A stretch of DNA of 37,918 nt from Candidatus Moranbacteria bacterium RIFCSPLOWO2_12_FULL_48_12 (GCA_001784735.1 MFSB01000006.1:1-37918), one strand, 5' to 3'; shown: positions 12,801 to 22,662, numbered from the stretch's first letter. The notes: generated by a model not told the origin, from the letters alone. Numbers and translations are program-made.

Positions 12801-14213
12801 CTATAAACCAGATTCTTTTCCAAACAAATCGACTCGACCTTTCTCGGAAACAATGGCGATATTATTCACTAACATCGTTCCGCTATCATCACGCACCCCC
12901 ATCGAGTTCAAGACAAAATAAAGCTTTCCCTGCCTACCCGCAAGATCTTCAATATTTATGTCTCGAGTGACCTTTTCGTTGTTTGCACTTTTAAACACAC
13001 GATACAGCATTGTATTGTCGAAAAATACAAGAATATAATCCTTATCATTTGGATTACCGGAAAATATATAGGAAAATCTTAATTTCTTGGCTTGAGCGGG
13101 AAAGGTTATATCATTCTTATTGTATAAAGCCGCACTCCGTATTCGAACCGAACCCACATAGCCACTCATCCCTTCAAAGGAATCAGAAAATTTCTGCACC
13201 GAGCTCAAAAAGAAAGGTTTCGCCATATTGAGCGTTGTAGTATGATTTACTTCTCGATTCAGCGGATCTCTGTCAAAAATAAACTCAAAAGAATTATTAA
13301 AACCGTCACCATCGGAATCACCGAACGGATTGACACATTCGCTACATGCGTAGAAATTTTCCTCCCAGCGCTTCCACAAGTAATCATACTTTCCTTCCTC
13401 CTGAGTCCGAATAATTACACTTTCTCGCGCTGCAAAGTCACCAAAAGATACCCCCTCGGCGACAGGCTTCATCCGAGAAAAATTATCTTGGCTTGATAAG
13501 TCTTGATCATCAAAAGTTATCGTCAAATCACGAGATTTTCCCTCTTCCCTCCACGTCAATACGACTTCATATATGTGATATGTGGCAAGATCAACCCTTA
13601 CTTCAGTTCTCGTCTCGGTTAGAGAGTTATTTTTGACAATCCCACCAATGAGTTCCAATGGGATGGGAGCCTCCGTCTCTAAAATAATAGTCCTTCTGCT
13701 TTGCTCCACTTTTTTAACGTTAACTCCTTGGCTTTCTTTCTCTATCCAAGAAAGAATAGCTACCGGGGTTAATTCTAGAAAAGGAGTTACGTTTCCCGTC
13801 CTTACCGCGTAGCTGTCTTGTATAGGAATGAAAGCGAGGTCATACTGATCGGCGACATACAATTCTCCGTTCATTCTTTTTCCTTCAATACAAGTTTGTG
13901 GAAATTTTTTCTCACTAAACACTGTTGAGCCAGGTATCCGGGGCTGAAAAAACAAACACCAAGACATATTGCCATCCTTTCCTTCTATGCTTTCAAAAAA
14001 AGGTTTTGAGTCAATTTTTATCTTTTTTTCGACAACATAATCACTTTTATAGACGTGATCCAATAATTGAAAAGTGACCTTATTACTTGGAAAATACTGA
14101 TTAAAAAAAGTTTTACCTTTGATGGTAAAACCAAAAAAATAACCTCCAAAAATTACTATTGCCACTGCAATAAAACAAATCAAAAATAAATTCTTATTGG
14201 GTATTTTATACAT
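12801..14213 (-). CDS. membrane-anchored hypothetical protein with a Ca-binding DxDxDG-type motif
   Basis: N-terminal TM helix; DSDGDGFNNSFE...DP motif; AT-rich relative to core genes. Confidence 0.8.
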   Translation of the reverse strand: MYKIPNKNLFLICFIAVAIVIFGGYFFGFTIKGKTFFNQYFPSNKVTFQLLDHVYKSDYVVEKKIKIDSKPFFESIEGKDGNMSWCLFFQPRIPGSTVFSEKKFPQTCIEGKRMNGELYVADQYDLAFIPIQDSYAVRTGNVTPFLELTPVAILSWIEKESQGVNVKKVEQSRRTIILETEAPIPLELIGGIVKNNSLTETRTEVRVDLATYHIYEVVLTWREEGKSRDLTITFDDQDLSSQDNFSRMKPVAEGVSFGDFAARESVIIRTQEEGKYDYLWKRWEENFYACSECVNPFGDSDGDGFNNSFEFIFDRDPLNREVNHTTTLNMAKPFFLSSVQKFSDSFEGMSGYVGSVRIRSAALYNKNDITFPAQAKKLRFSYIFSGNPNDKDYILVFFDNTMLYRVFKSANNEKVTRDINIEDLAGRQGKLYFVLNSMGVRDDSGTMLVNNIAIVSEKGRVDLFGKESGL

Positions 14214-14348
14214 CTCTATGGCTGTTCTATCTACATTATATCATAGTCAGTTCTAGCTTCACAATTTGAAATAAAAAAATGCTCTATATATAAAACCTCT
14301 CTTCAAATCAGCATACAACTGATCCAGCATGTTGTGTTCAGAAAAGAA

Positions 14349-15110
14349 CTATAGACTCAACTTCTTCCAATCGAAGTTCCAGGGGTCGGTCTTGCGGCCG
14401 GGGGCGATGTCTTGGTGACCAACCACGGATTTGATAGGATATTGTTTTTTGAGAGAGGCTATCAAATTATTTACCGCGGTATACTGGGCTTCGGTAAATC
14501 GCCCCGTTTCCGTGTTCATCATTTCAATACCGAGAGAAAAATTGTTGACGCTCTGCCGACCGTCCGGCATTTTGGAAACGCCGGCATGATAGGCGATGTT
14601 TTTATCTTCCACAAGACGATAAATCGTTCCTTTGCGGTCAATCAAAAAATGTGCGCTCACGCCATAATCCTCATATTCCTTGACGATACCGCTCACAGAA
14701 TATGGATCCGCGCCATTCAGATCATATGAGGAATGCAGTACGATCGTATCGATACTGCGTGGTTTTGATGGCACAGAAAACCCCGAACTCATCAGACGAT
14801 TTTCAATTCGGAACTCCCCTGTTTTTTGTTGATTGTTATTTGTTAGCTGTTCACTGTTATCTGTTCCCTGCTGATTGCTTGCCTCACTGGAGCTTTGTGT
14901 AAGCGGGTTATCGGCCGCCTTCTGTTCCACCAGATTTTTCACATCACGAGCAGCCTGCAGGGCAGATTGACCTTGTTCTAATTCTTCTATAATCGGTACT
15001 CTGGAAACATCATTGGTCACTGTCATCGGCGTTTTCGGCATACCAAAATAGAGGTACCCCGTTCCGAGTACCATAATAATAACGGTAGTAAGTAATCCAA
15101 TGAGTCCCAT
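14349..15110 (-). CDS. N-acetylmuramoyl-L-alanine amidase (Amidase_2, AmpD/AmiD-like), membrane anchored
   Basis: IVLHSS, VSAHFLIDRKGTIYRLV, AYHAGVS, NNFSLGIEM, VVGHQDIAPGRKTDP; N-terminal hydrophobic anchor. Confidence 0.92.
   Translation of the reverse strand: MGLIGLLTTVIIMVLGTGYLYFGMPKTPMTVTNDVSRVPIIEELEQGQSALQAARDVKNLVEQKAADNPLTQSSSEASNQQGTDNSEQLTNNNQQKTGEFRIENRLMSSGFSVPSKPRSIDTIVLHSSYDLNGADPYSVSGIVKEYEDYGVSAHFLIDRKGTIYRLVEDKNIAYHAGVSKMPDGRQSVNNFSLGIEMMNTETGRFTEAQYTAVNNLIASLKKQYPIKSVVGHQDIAPGRKTDPWNFDWKKLSL
14827..14882. repeat. 8 degenerate heptamers (TGTTNNN) inside the amidase linker
   Basis: tgttgat tgttatt tgttagc tgttcac tgttatc tgttccc tgctgat tgcttgc. Confidence 0.8.
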
Positions 15111-15133
15111 GGGCTCATTATACTCTATAAAGA

Positions 15134-15157
15134 AAAATCCGCCTCGAGGCGGATTTT
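15134..15157 (-). terminator. intrinsic terminator
   Basis: AAAATCCGCC-TCGA-GGCGGATTTT just downstream of the 84-aa gene. Confidence 0.65.
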
Positions 15158-15185
15158 ATTTCTTTAATTCCAAAGATCCTTCAGG

Positions 15186-15440
15186 TCACTTTTTCCCTTT
15201 TTTCCCGCCGCTCATAAGAAGCGTCAGAGCAGCACCCAAGGCGGCGCCGATGCCGGCGGCCACCATCGCGGCTTTTTCCGGATTTTTTTTGGCATAGCCC
15301 TCCACTGTCGCGTACGTACTGGCAAGCTGCTTCTTCACTTTAGCCACTTCCTTTTTAGCCAAAGCCTTGCTCTTATCCACCTGTGCCATCACCTTTCCCT
15401 TCAGCGCTTCTGCCATAGCCTCTACTTCGTTCTTTGCCAT
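15186..15440 (-). CDS. ElaB/YqjD (DUF883)-like tail-anchored protein
   Basis: Helical A/K-rich body ending in YAKKNPEKAAMVAAGIGAALGAALTLL plus a basic tail. Confidence 0.75.
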   Translation of the reverse strand: MAKNEVEAMAEALKGKVMAQVDKSKALAKKEVAKVKKQLASTYATVEGYAKKNPEKAAMVAAGIGAALGAALTLLMSGGKKGKK

Positions 15441-15469
15441 ATGTTTCTTCTTAGTTAATTACTTTTTTA

Positions 15470-15814
15470 TTAATACCTGGACGACCGGTCATCCCGATTG
15501 AAAACGTACAACACGAGAGAGATGAGAAGGATAAACGCTCCCATAAGCGTCTCGCCCACGCCAGGAAACCGATAAGCCGTACTCAAGAGCTGTGCCAATC
15601 CGACCAGGAGAAATATCAGCCCCAGAAAGGCGAACAAAAAAAGAAATACGCGCCGGGCGAGCTTTTGCGTGAATGCGTGCACCGCTTGGTGCACCCGATT
15701 CAGCGCTCCGTCGAACGATGATTGGATGCCCTTGAAGACGCTCTCCAAAAGAAGCCCCGTCCAGCCGGAGTCCATGTCATCCTTTTTTTTTCGAATTGTA
15801 TTTTTCTCTTCCAT
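15470..15814 (-). CDS. small two-TM membrane protein (YqjE/holin-like topology)
   Basis: Two hydrophobic helices; adjacent to the DUF883-like gene. Confidence 0.65.
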   Translation of the reverse strand: MEEKNTIRKKKDDMDSGWTGLLLESVFKGIQSSFDGALNRVHQAVHAFTQKLARRVFLFLFAFLGLIFLLVGLAQLLSTAYRFPGVGETLMGAFILLISLVLYVFNRDDRSSRY

Positions 15815-16035
15815 ACCCAGTGGTACAACTTCAAATAAATTAATAGGTTTTGTTTTTCTCTGTACGCCTTCTCAGACTTTTGAACCTTAACTATCAACAA
15901 CACCACAGAAGAACTTCTTTGAAGTTGTCCCACTGGGCATACGCTTTGATTTCCGTATTCATAGTATAGCACAAGCGGTTTTATACGCAAAAATTGTCAA
16001 CACTACATTCTTATGGTATGAAAAGAGTAAACAAT

Positions 16036-18015
16036 ATGAAAACAAAAATCATCTTTATCGGTGCCTCTGTTTTTTTATATGTATCTTTTCATATTCCCAT
16101 CGCTTCAGCTGAAACAAAAAAAATCATCATAAGCGAAATCCAGATTACCGGAGGTAGCGGTCACACCAACGATGAATTTGTCGAACTCTATAATACAGAA
16201 AATACCGATCAGACGCTCACTAATTGGGAACTACGAAAAAAGACCAAGGGTGACGATTCTGCCCGCGGCGCGCTTTTTCATAAATTTGAAGGAAACTTAA
16301 CAATATCCGCTGGCAAATATTTCTTGTGGACCAACAAAGACAGTAATGCTAATTTTATTGATCTCTTTGATATCCAAAGTAAAAATAAAACTTCCCCTAA
16401 CTTGACTGATGATAATAGTCTCGGCCTCTACGACAATACCAATGTTCTCATTGATGCCATCACGTGGGGATCGGGACATAAAGGCTCATTTTCACCAAGC
16501 TCCCTCTACCCTGACAATCCTCCGGGGGGCAAAAGTCTCACGCGCGATGTCACAACTCTCATCTTGTCTCTTTCTGACAAACCCTCTCCTACCAATAGTC
16601 GAGATGAAACATACGAGGATCCACCCCCACCCATATATGCTTCTCATATCCGCCTCAACGAGATTCTTCCCAATCCGTCGGAAAAAGGAGAGGCGAACGA
16701 GTTCATAGAACTTTACAACGATTCCGATGAAACTGTCTCGCTTACCGGATGGTCAATCAAGAAAGATCGCTCTGAAAGCGGAAAATACCTTATCAAAGCG
16801 GAAGATTTCCCGAAAGGAACAGATATCCCGGCGGGAGGATTTTTTCTCATTCCGCGGAAGATTTCCGGTTTCATAATGGCAAACTCGAATAAGACCATTT
16901 CACTCTATGATCCGAGCGAAAAAGAAGCAAGTGCCGTATCGTACGCGACGACAAAGGAGGATGTTTCGCTCAATTACACCGCGACCGGCTGGCGGGGCAG
17001 CACCCCCACTCCAGGCACCGCGAACGTACTCAACAATCTTCCGGAAACCAGAGAAAAAGTTCCCAAAAAAGGCTACCGCGGGGTGGCGGTTGATTTTGAT
17101 GCCCGAGGGAAAGATAGCGATCGCGATACGCTCAAATATACCTGGGATTTCGGCGATGGCCACAAAAGCTACAAAGAAAAAACCTCGCACGCGTATGAAG
17201 AAAACGGGACGTACACCGTGACACTCAAAACCAATGACGGCAAGGATGATACGGTAGAAACATTCACGATCAAAATAGAGTCCTACCCTCACCCGGAGGT
17301 GCGTATCACATCCCTCATGCCCAATCCGGCGGGAAACGACACGGACAATGAATGGGTCATGATAGAAAACAGGGAGAAGAAAACGGTCAATTTGAAAGGA
17401 TACGGCATCGCCACCGGGTGGAAAAAACTTTCCAATCACCCCATTCGCGAAGATTTTTTCATTGAGCCGAAATCGGAAGCCAAGCTCACTCGCCTCTTTT
17501 CCCTTTTCACGCTCCCCAACCAAAAAGGCAAGATCGAACTCCGCGCGCCCGATGGCAAGGTACTGCAGAAGATAAAATACAAGCTGGAAAAATCCATCGG
17601 TGAAAACATCGTCTATCAGAAGAAGAAAGGACAAAGATGGAAATTTGAAGAAAGCATCATAAAAAACATTCTTTCTTCCGATACGCCGGAAGAAACAGCC
17701 GCGACAGATGAAACCGCGCCACCCGAAAACAATAATGAGGAAACTCCGCCCCCCACGCCCACGGAAAATGTTCAAGAAGAAAAAGAACCGGAAATAATTC
17801 CGCCGCCGATTTCTCTCGAACCTCATCGGCCCAAGCCTCAGGAGCTCTTGGCGTACGGGACGCGCGTCCGCCTGCCGGATATCATCACCCTCGCACCTCC
17901 TGCCACGGAAAAAGAAGCCTCGCTTCCAGAAACAGACTCTATCCCCCTCTCCCTTGCTGAGAGGTTTGCCTCACACATCAATACTTCTCTCAACGGACTC
18001 CTCAACGATTTCTAG
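16036..18015 (+). CDS. secreted lamin-tail-domain (x3) and PKD-domain protein
   Basis: Signal peptide ending IASA; three LTD starts (IIISEI..NDEFVELYN, IRLNEILPNP..NEFIELYN, VRITSLMPNP..NEWVMIEN); PKD motif YTWDFGDG..HAY...GTYTVTL. ATG 16018 is an alternative start. Confidence 0.9.
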   Translation: MKTKIIFIGASVFLYVSFHIPIASAETKKIIISEIQITGGSGHTNDEFVELYNTENTDQTLTNWELRKKTKGDDSARGALFHKFEGNLTISAGKYFLWTNKDSNANFIDLFDIQSKNKTSPNLTDDNSLGLYDNTNVLIDAITWGSGHKGSFSPSSLYPDNPPGGKSLTRDVTTLILSLSDKPSPTNSRDETYEDPPPPIYASHIRLNEILPNPSEKGEANEFIELYNDSDETVSLTGWSIKKDRSESGKYLIKAEDFPKGTDIPAGGFFLIPRKISGFIMANSNKTISLYDPSEKEASAVSYATTKEDVSLNYTATGWRGSTPTPGTANVLNNLPETREKVPKKGYRGVAVDFDARGKDSDRDTLKYTWDFGDGHKSYKEKTSHAYEENGTYTVTLKTNDGKDDTVETFTIKIESYPHPEVRITSLMPNPAGNDTDNEWVMIENREKKTVNLKGYGIATGWKKLSNHPIREDFFIEPKSEAKLTRLFSLFTLPNQKGKIELRAPDGKVLQKIKYKLEKSIGENIVYQKKKGQRWKFEESIIKNILSSDTPEETAATDETAPPENNNEETPPPTPTENVQEEKEPEIIPPPISLEPHRPKPQELLAYGTRVRLPDIITLAPPATEKEASLPETDSIPLSLAERFASHINTSLNGLLNDF

Positions 18016-18019
18016 ATAG

Positions 18020-18388
18020 TCAAAAATCGTCTCGGGATAAGAAACTTCCGATCTTGCCCAGCATGTCTGCCATATCCCTGTAAGCAACGACAGTTTCAGA
18101 CACCGTTTTCAGCGACCGTGACGGTTTGATGCCTTCTTTATAGAGACAGAAAATCGGTATACGGAAACTGTCTGCCCACCCGAGCTCGATGCCCTCGCCC
18201 GTCGCCGGATAGGAGACTTCCGCAATCACCACATCTGATTTTCCGATTACTTCTTTCGTATTGATGAATTGATCGGCCTCATGAGGCAGGAATATCTCAT
18301 GCTGGGAATTGAGCCGAGAATTCCGCAAAGGCACATAGAGTTCATTTTTATAATCAAAGTTTTTTGAGTGGGCGATGTAAATTTTCAT
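18020..18388 (-). CDS. nucleoside 2-deoxyribosyltransferase / RCL-like protein
   Basis: MKIYIAHS...SDVVIAEVSYPATGEGIELGWA...IPIFCLY matches the NDT fold pattern with its catalytic Glu. Confidence 0.75.
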   Translation of the reverse strand: MKIYIAHSKNFDYKNELYVPLRNSRLNSQHEIFLPHEADQFINTKEVIGKSDVVIAEVSYPATGEGIELGWADSFRIPIFCLYKEGIKPSRSLKTVSETVVAYRDMADMLGKIGSFLSRDDF

Positions 18389-18557
18389 AGTGTCATCTTC
18401 TAATTTTTTGACCGAAAGACGAACCTACCAAAGGCAGCTAAAAAATCCAACTCCGTATACTGAGTCAGTATACCAATGCTGTTCGAGTTGGATCCATAGA
18501 GAAGTGTTTTGTTTAAAATTATGATAGAAATATCTAATTTAACACCATTACTCCTTA

Positions 18558-18878
18558 TTAATTGCTCCCTGCTTCACCTAAAAAAACTTTTAGTGTCTTA
18601 GTAATTTCACTTTTTAATCCTGCCATACCATCATATTCTATTTGATCCTTGTCTACCCCCCGAGCACCAGCAAGAGCTCCCAAAAAAAAGGCTTCTGCTT
18701 GAGCTGGAGACTTTCCTTCCATAAAATCAAAAGCTGCACTCACTAAATCCGGGAACATTTCGCCAAGCTTCTTTGCTAACACTGGATCCCTATTTTTTAA
18801 GAATTCCCCAAATTCCTTGCCAAGATTTTGAGCTGGACTTTCCAAGCCTTGAGAACCTGTCCCTCTTTCTCTTATCAT
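18558..18878 (-). CDS. hypothetical protein (106 aa)
   Basis: ATG ORF in AT-rich DNA with protein-like composition. Confidence 0.65.
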   Translation of the reverse strand: MIRERGTGSQGLESPAQNLGKEFGEFLKNRDPVLAKKLGEMFPDLVSAAFDFMEGKSPAQAEAFFLGALAGARGVDKDQIEYDGMAGLKSEITKTLKVFLGEAGSN

Positions 18879-18983
18879 AATTTTATATATTACTGGTAAA
18901 TATTACTAACTGTGTTTTGAGTATACCATAAAAATAACAGTACAAAAAAATAAGCTTCTCCGGAGCCTCATTTGTTAAGCCTG

Positions 18984-19054
18984 AGCGGGATACGAGAATC
19001 GAACTCGCGTCCCTAGCTTGGGAAGCTAGTGTACTACCATTGTACTAATCCCGC
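18984..19054 (-). tRNA. tRNA-Gly(CCC)
   Basis: GCGGGAT TA GTAC AATGGTA GTAC A CTAGC TTCCCAA GCTAG GGAC GCGAG TTCGATT CTCGT ATCCCGC T; CCA not encoded. Confidence 0.95.
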
Positions 19055-19066
19055 TTATTAATGTCT

Positions 19067-19164
19067 CTTGGGAAGTTTACCCGCCTTTGGCGGGCTAGTG
19101 TACCACCATTGCCTGCCCGCCCGAAGTCCCGATACATCGGGACAAAGGAGGGTACTAATCCCGC
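19067..19164 (-). pseudogene. relic 5' half of tRNA-Gly(CCC) with two hairpin insertions
   Basis: Removing 19076-19094 and 19112-19152 leaves a 38-nt copy of the neighbouring tRNA 5' part with one mismatch. Confidence 0.85.
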
Positions 19165-19246
19165 AACCTATACATATAAAAGCTTTTCAAAAAATAGTAT
19201 AGCATACTGCTGTTTTCTTCATAAAAACTCCGGCTACACAGACAAG

Positions 19247-19356
19247 CCCCAGTTACATATCAGGGAAAATTCTTAGTAATGACACGTAAAACCCAGGAGA
19301 CGACTACGTCTTCTGATATTTTTTAAGGGTAGCTGTTCCTAGGATATGTAACGGGG
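19247..19356. mobile_element. 110-bp inverted-repeat-bounded MITE/PATE-like element
   Basis: CCCC(A)GTTACATATC / GATATGTAACGGGG, followed by TAAA. Confidence 0.7.
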
Positions 19357-19435
19357 TAAACGTACATCAACCACCTTTTCAAACTGCTCTCCACCTGGTA
19401 CACTAGGAAAGTATTTAATTTTTTATCTCTTGTCC

Positions 19436-20845
19436 ATGCCTCCATTCTTTACGAAGATACGTATCGTACTCATCGTTCTTTTGATTCTCATTGTTACAGG
19501 AGGGTTTTATTTTTTTTCTTACGCCAAAACGCATAAAACAGAACTCGCTATAGGCTCTCTCAATCTTTTCCAGAAAGTCTCCCGGCTCCTTCCGCTCACT
19601 CCGGATACCAAAAAAGAAATCGAAGTAGTCAATACCCTCGTCGAGACTCTTACCAGAAAGGATGACCAGGTCCATGTTTTTCTGGTACTTTTGCAAAATA
19701 GCGATGAGCTCAGACCCGGCGGCGGATTCTTGGGCCAATATGCCCTCATCAAGGTAAAAAATGGCGAGGTCATATCGACCTTCGTGGAAGACGCCAACCT
19801 CCTGGATCAGCGTATCGTGGCCGATATCCCTACTCCTTATCCGTTTGTCCGCAAACTGCAGTTGAAAAAATGGAAATTCCGCGATTCGAATTTTTCTCCC
19901 GACTTCCCGACCAATGCCGAGAAGGCACAATATTTTTATCGTCTGGCTGGCGGTTATGAAAAATTCGACGGCGTCATCGCAGTCAATTCTCTCACCTTCA
20001 ACAACATCCTCGCCTTGACCGGACCGATCCAGATCCCCGGAGATTCCAATATCTACACTAGTGCCGACGGCGCATACAAGCTGGAAGATCGCGTCGAAAG
20101 AGTCTATCTCGGAGAAGATGTCCCAGCTGAGCTGAAACAGAATCGCAAGCTGATTATGAAAAGGATCGCCGCCGAGATTATGAGGCGCGTCGCCACCGTT
20201 TCCAACATCCCAAAACTGGCTGAATTTACCCAAAAAGAGCTCCGGAATAAAGATATTATGCTTTATTTCAAAGACCCCGCCTTGCAATCGCTCGTGGAAA
20301 GCGTCCACTGGGACGGGAGCGTTGCTGAGGATTGGATCAATGATTACGTGATGCTCGTTGATGCCAATATGGGGGCACTCAAGACAGACCATTATATCAG
20401 ACGCTCACTCGACTACACGGTTGATTTCACCGGTGAAAAACCGATAGCTACCATTGTTTATACCTACAGAAACACCGCCACTCACGGGGATTGGCGCACC
20501 AGCGACTACCACACCTATCTGCGCGCTTACGTGCCGAAAGGGTCGAAATTCCTCGAGCGAAAAATGATTAATGTCGTGACGACCAAAGAAGCCTTCAATA
20601 AGACGTATTTTGACGGATTCGTGGATGTGGAAATCGGGCAGAGCGATGTCAACACTACGCTCACCTATGAGCTCCCGGACACCATCACCCCTGAAAATTA
20701 TCGTCTCCTCATCCAGAAACAGTCCGGCGTGGGCACCCTCCCGGTTACCGTCCATCTCAAAACATTAGGCAAGGAATACATCCAGAACGCTGACCTTCTC
20801 AAGGATCTCAATTTTTCTATCCAAACGGTAGAAGGGAAGAAATAA
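19436..20845 (+). CDS. DUF4012-domain membrane-anchored protein
   Basis: N-terminal TM; LVLLQNSDELRPGGGFLG, FRDSNFSPDFPTNA, DGVIAVN, YLRAYVPKGS, YRLLIQKQSG. TTG 19430 is an alternative start. Confidence 0.88.
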   Translation: MPPFFTKIRIVLIVLLILIVTGGFYFFSYAKTHKTELAIGSLNLFQKVSRLLPLTPDTKKEIEVVNTLVETLTRKDDQVHVFLVLLQNSDELRPGGGFLGQYALIKVKNGEVISTFVEDANLLDQRIVADIPTPYPFVRKLQLKKWKFRDSNFSPDFPTNAEKAQYFYRLAGGYEKFDGVIAVNSLTFNNILALTGPIQIPGDSNIYTSADGAYKLEDRVERVYLGEDVPAELKQNRKLIMKRIAAEIMRRVATVSNIPKLAEFTQKELRNKDIMLYFKDPALQSLVESVHWDGSVAEDWINDYVMLVDANMGALKTDHYIRRSLDYTVDFTGEKPIATIVYTYRNTATHGDWRTSDYHTYLRAYVPKGSKFLERKMINVVTTKEAFNKTYFDGFVDVEIGQSDVNTTLTYELPDTITPENYRLLIQKQSGVGTLPVTVHLKTLGKEYIQNADLLKDLNFSIQTVEGKK

Positions 20846-20846
20846 A

Positions 20847-20945
20847 TCCAGCACCTTTACCACAGGATATTAAACCCTGCGGGGAAGGTTTGTATTTCCA
20901 TTCATCCCCGTGGCAAGACCACGGAGTATTCTGGAAGGTGCTGGA
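20847..20945. mobile_element. 99-bp inverted-repeat-bounded element upstream of thrS
   Basis: TAAA|TCCAGCACCTT ... AAGGTGCTGGA|TAAA; internal hairpin CCGTGG-caaga-CCACGG. Confidence 0.7.
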
Positions 20946-21002
20946 TAAATCATCTTGCGCCTTGTCATAATCGCCGATTAATTCTATCCTGTAATCATTA
21001 CT

Positions 21003-22238
21003 ATGCCAACACTTGATCCTTCAGAAGAAGTAAGCAATGACCACAAGCGCCTTGGCCGCGAGCTGGATCTTTTCGTGTTTTCCGATCTCGTGGGAAGCGG
21101 GCTGCCGCTCTGGACCCCCAAGGGGACGCTCCTCAGAAATCTCTTGGATGATTTCGTTTGGGAGCTTCGGAAAAAATATAACTACCAGCAGGTAGAAATC
21201 CCCCACATTACCAAAAAGGATTTGTATGAAATCAGCGGGCACTGGGATAAATTCAAAGATGATATTTTCAAAATCACTACTCGCGAAGGACATGAGCTCG
21301 CTATGAAGCCGATGAATTGCCCGCACCACACCCAGATCTATGCACGCAAACCGGTGAGTTACCGCGAATTGCCAGTACGTTATGCCAACACGACCATGTG
21401 CTACCGGGACGAGCAGACTGGGGAACTGAATGGGCTTTCACGAACGCGATCCATCACCCAAGACGATGCCCATGTTTTCTGCCGCGAACCGCAGGTCAAA
21501 GAAGAATTTCTGAAAATCTGGGATATTATCGAAACATTTTACAAGACATTCGGTTTTGCGTTGGAAATCCGCTTATCGTCTCATGATCCAGAACACCCGG
21601 AAAAATTCCTCGGCGACAAAGAAAAATGGAAACGCGCGGAAGACATCCTCCGCGACGTGACAAAAGAAAAGGGCACACAGACATTCGACGGAGTCGGCGA
21701 GGCGGCCTTCTACGGACCCAAACTCGATTTCATGGCCAAAGACAGCCTCGGCCGGGAATGGCAAGTGGCCACTATCCAGCTGGATATGAATATGCCGGAG
21801 CGCTTTGATCTCACCTGCATTAACGAAAAAGGAGAGAAGGAGCGCATTGTTATGATCCATGCCGCTATTATGGGGTCTATTGAAAGGTTCCTTTCAATTA
21901 TCATCGAGCATCTGAACGGGGCTTTCCCAGTTTGGCTGGCGCCAGTCCAGGTCATTGTCTTACCTATCGGAGAAAAACACCACGACTATGCCAGAGAAGT
22001 AACGGAACTGCTCAAAAAAAACGCTCTCCGCGCAGAACTCAACCAAGACAATGAGTCGCTCGGCAAACGCATCCGTAATGCCAAGGTGCAAAAAATCCCC
22101 TATCTCATGGTCATCGGAGACAAAGAGGTAGAAGCGAAGACTGTCTCATTAGAACACCGCAGCAAGGGCTCGCTCGGGGTGCAGACGATCGAACGGTGCA
22201 TCGAGATTCTCACAGCGGCCGTCTCTTCCAAAAAGTAA
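21003..22238 (+). CDS. thrS: threonine--tRNA ligase, short form (catalytic and anticodon-binding domains only)
   Basis: DHKRLGRELDLF begins at residue 13; KPMNCP, QDDAH, AAFYGPKLD, HAAIMGSIERF, FPVWLAPVQV. Confidence 0.96.
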   Translation: MPTLDPSEEVSNDHKRLGRELDLFVFSDLVGSGLPLWTPKGTLLRNLLDDFVWELRKKYNYQQVEIPHITKKDLYEISGHWDKFKDDIFKITTREGHELAMKPMNCPHHTQIYARKPVSYRELPVRYANTTMCYRDEQTGELNGLSRTRSITQDDAHVFCREPQVKEEFLKIWDIIETFYKTFGFALEIRLSSHDPEHPEKFLGDKEKWKRAEDILRDVTKEKGTQTFDGVGEAAFYGPKLDFMAKDSLGREWQVATIQLDMNMPERFDLTCINEKGEKERIVMIHAAIMGSIERFLSIIIEHLNGAFPVWLAPVQVIVLPIGEKHHDYAREVTELLKKNALRAELNQDNESLGKRIRNAKVQKIPYLMVIGDKEVEAKTVSLEHRSKGSLGVQTIERCIEILTAAVSSKK

Positions 22239-22241
22239 TTG

Positions 22242-22275
22242 AAAAAACCATCTCGCCGCGGCGAGATGGTTTTTT
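22242..22275. terminator. bidirectional intrinsic terminator
   Basis: AAAAAACCATCTCGCC-gc-GGCGAGATGGTTTTTT between convergent genes. Confidence 0.85.
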
Positions 22276-22292
22276 GTTGTTGCACTCTTTCC

Positions 22293-22598
22293 TTACTGAT
22301 TCGCCAGACTGCGGGAAAGCGCGAGCAACGCTTCAAAGTCATCATTTCCTGCTACCTTATTTTTCTTCTCATAACCGCAACTGCTGCAACGATGGATTAT
22401 CACATCGTTCTTTCCTCCATGTGAAAACACCACCGGCTCCATCATCCCGCCACACGAGGCTGCTCGATCCCCCGGAAACATATCCACATGCTTGCTCCAC
22501 AGACACTTCGGGCAATGGTTCGTATAGCCATCCCCACTGATCACACTCGCGCACCGTTCGCACCGGAAATCTTCTTTCTTTCTTTGAAAAGTTTTCAC
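22293..22598 (-). CDS. RNHCP-domain Zn-binding protein
   Basis: FRCERC..YTNHCPKCLWSKHVD..PGDRAASCGGMMEP..HRCSSCG; GTG start at 22598 is inferred. Confidence 0.88.
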   Translation of the reverse strand: MKTFQRKKEDFRCERCASVISGDGYTNHCPKCLWSKHVDMFPGDRAASCGGMMEPVVFSHGGKNDVIIHRCSSCGYEKKNKVAGNDDFEALLALSRSLANQ

Positions 22599-22662
22599 AA
22601 ACGCGTTCCTGTTACAAGATGGATTAATTATAACAAACGAAAGCCTTTTTTGACACAACTAG

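Noticed and set aside
20846-21002. T-box or other thrS leader
   Set aside because: No T-box consensus is seen, and the hairpins are explained by the inverted-repeat element.
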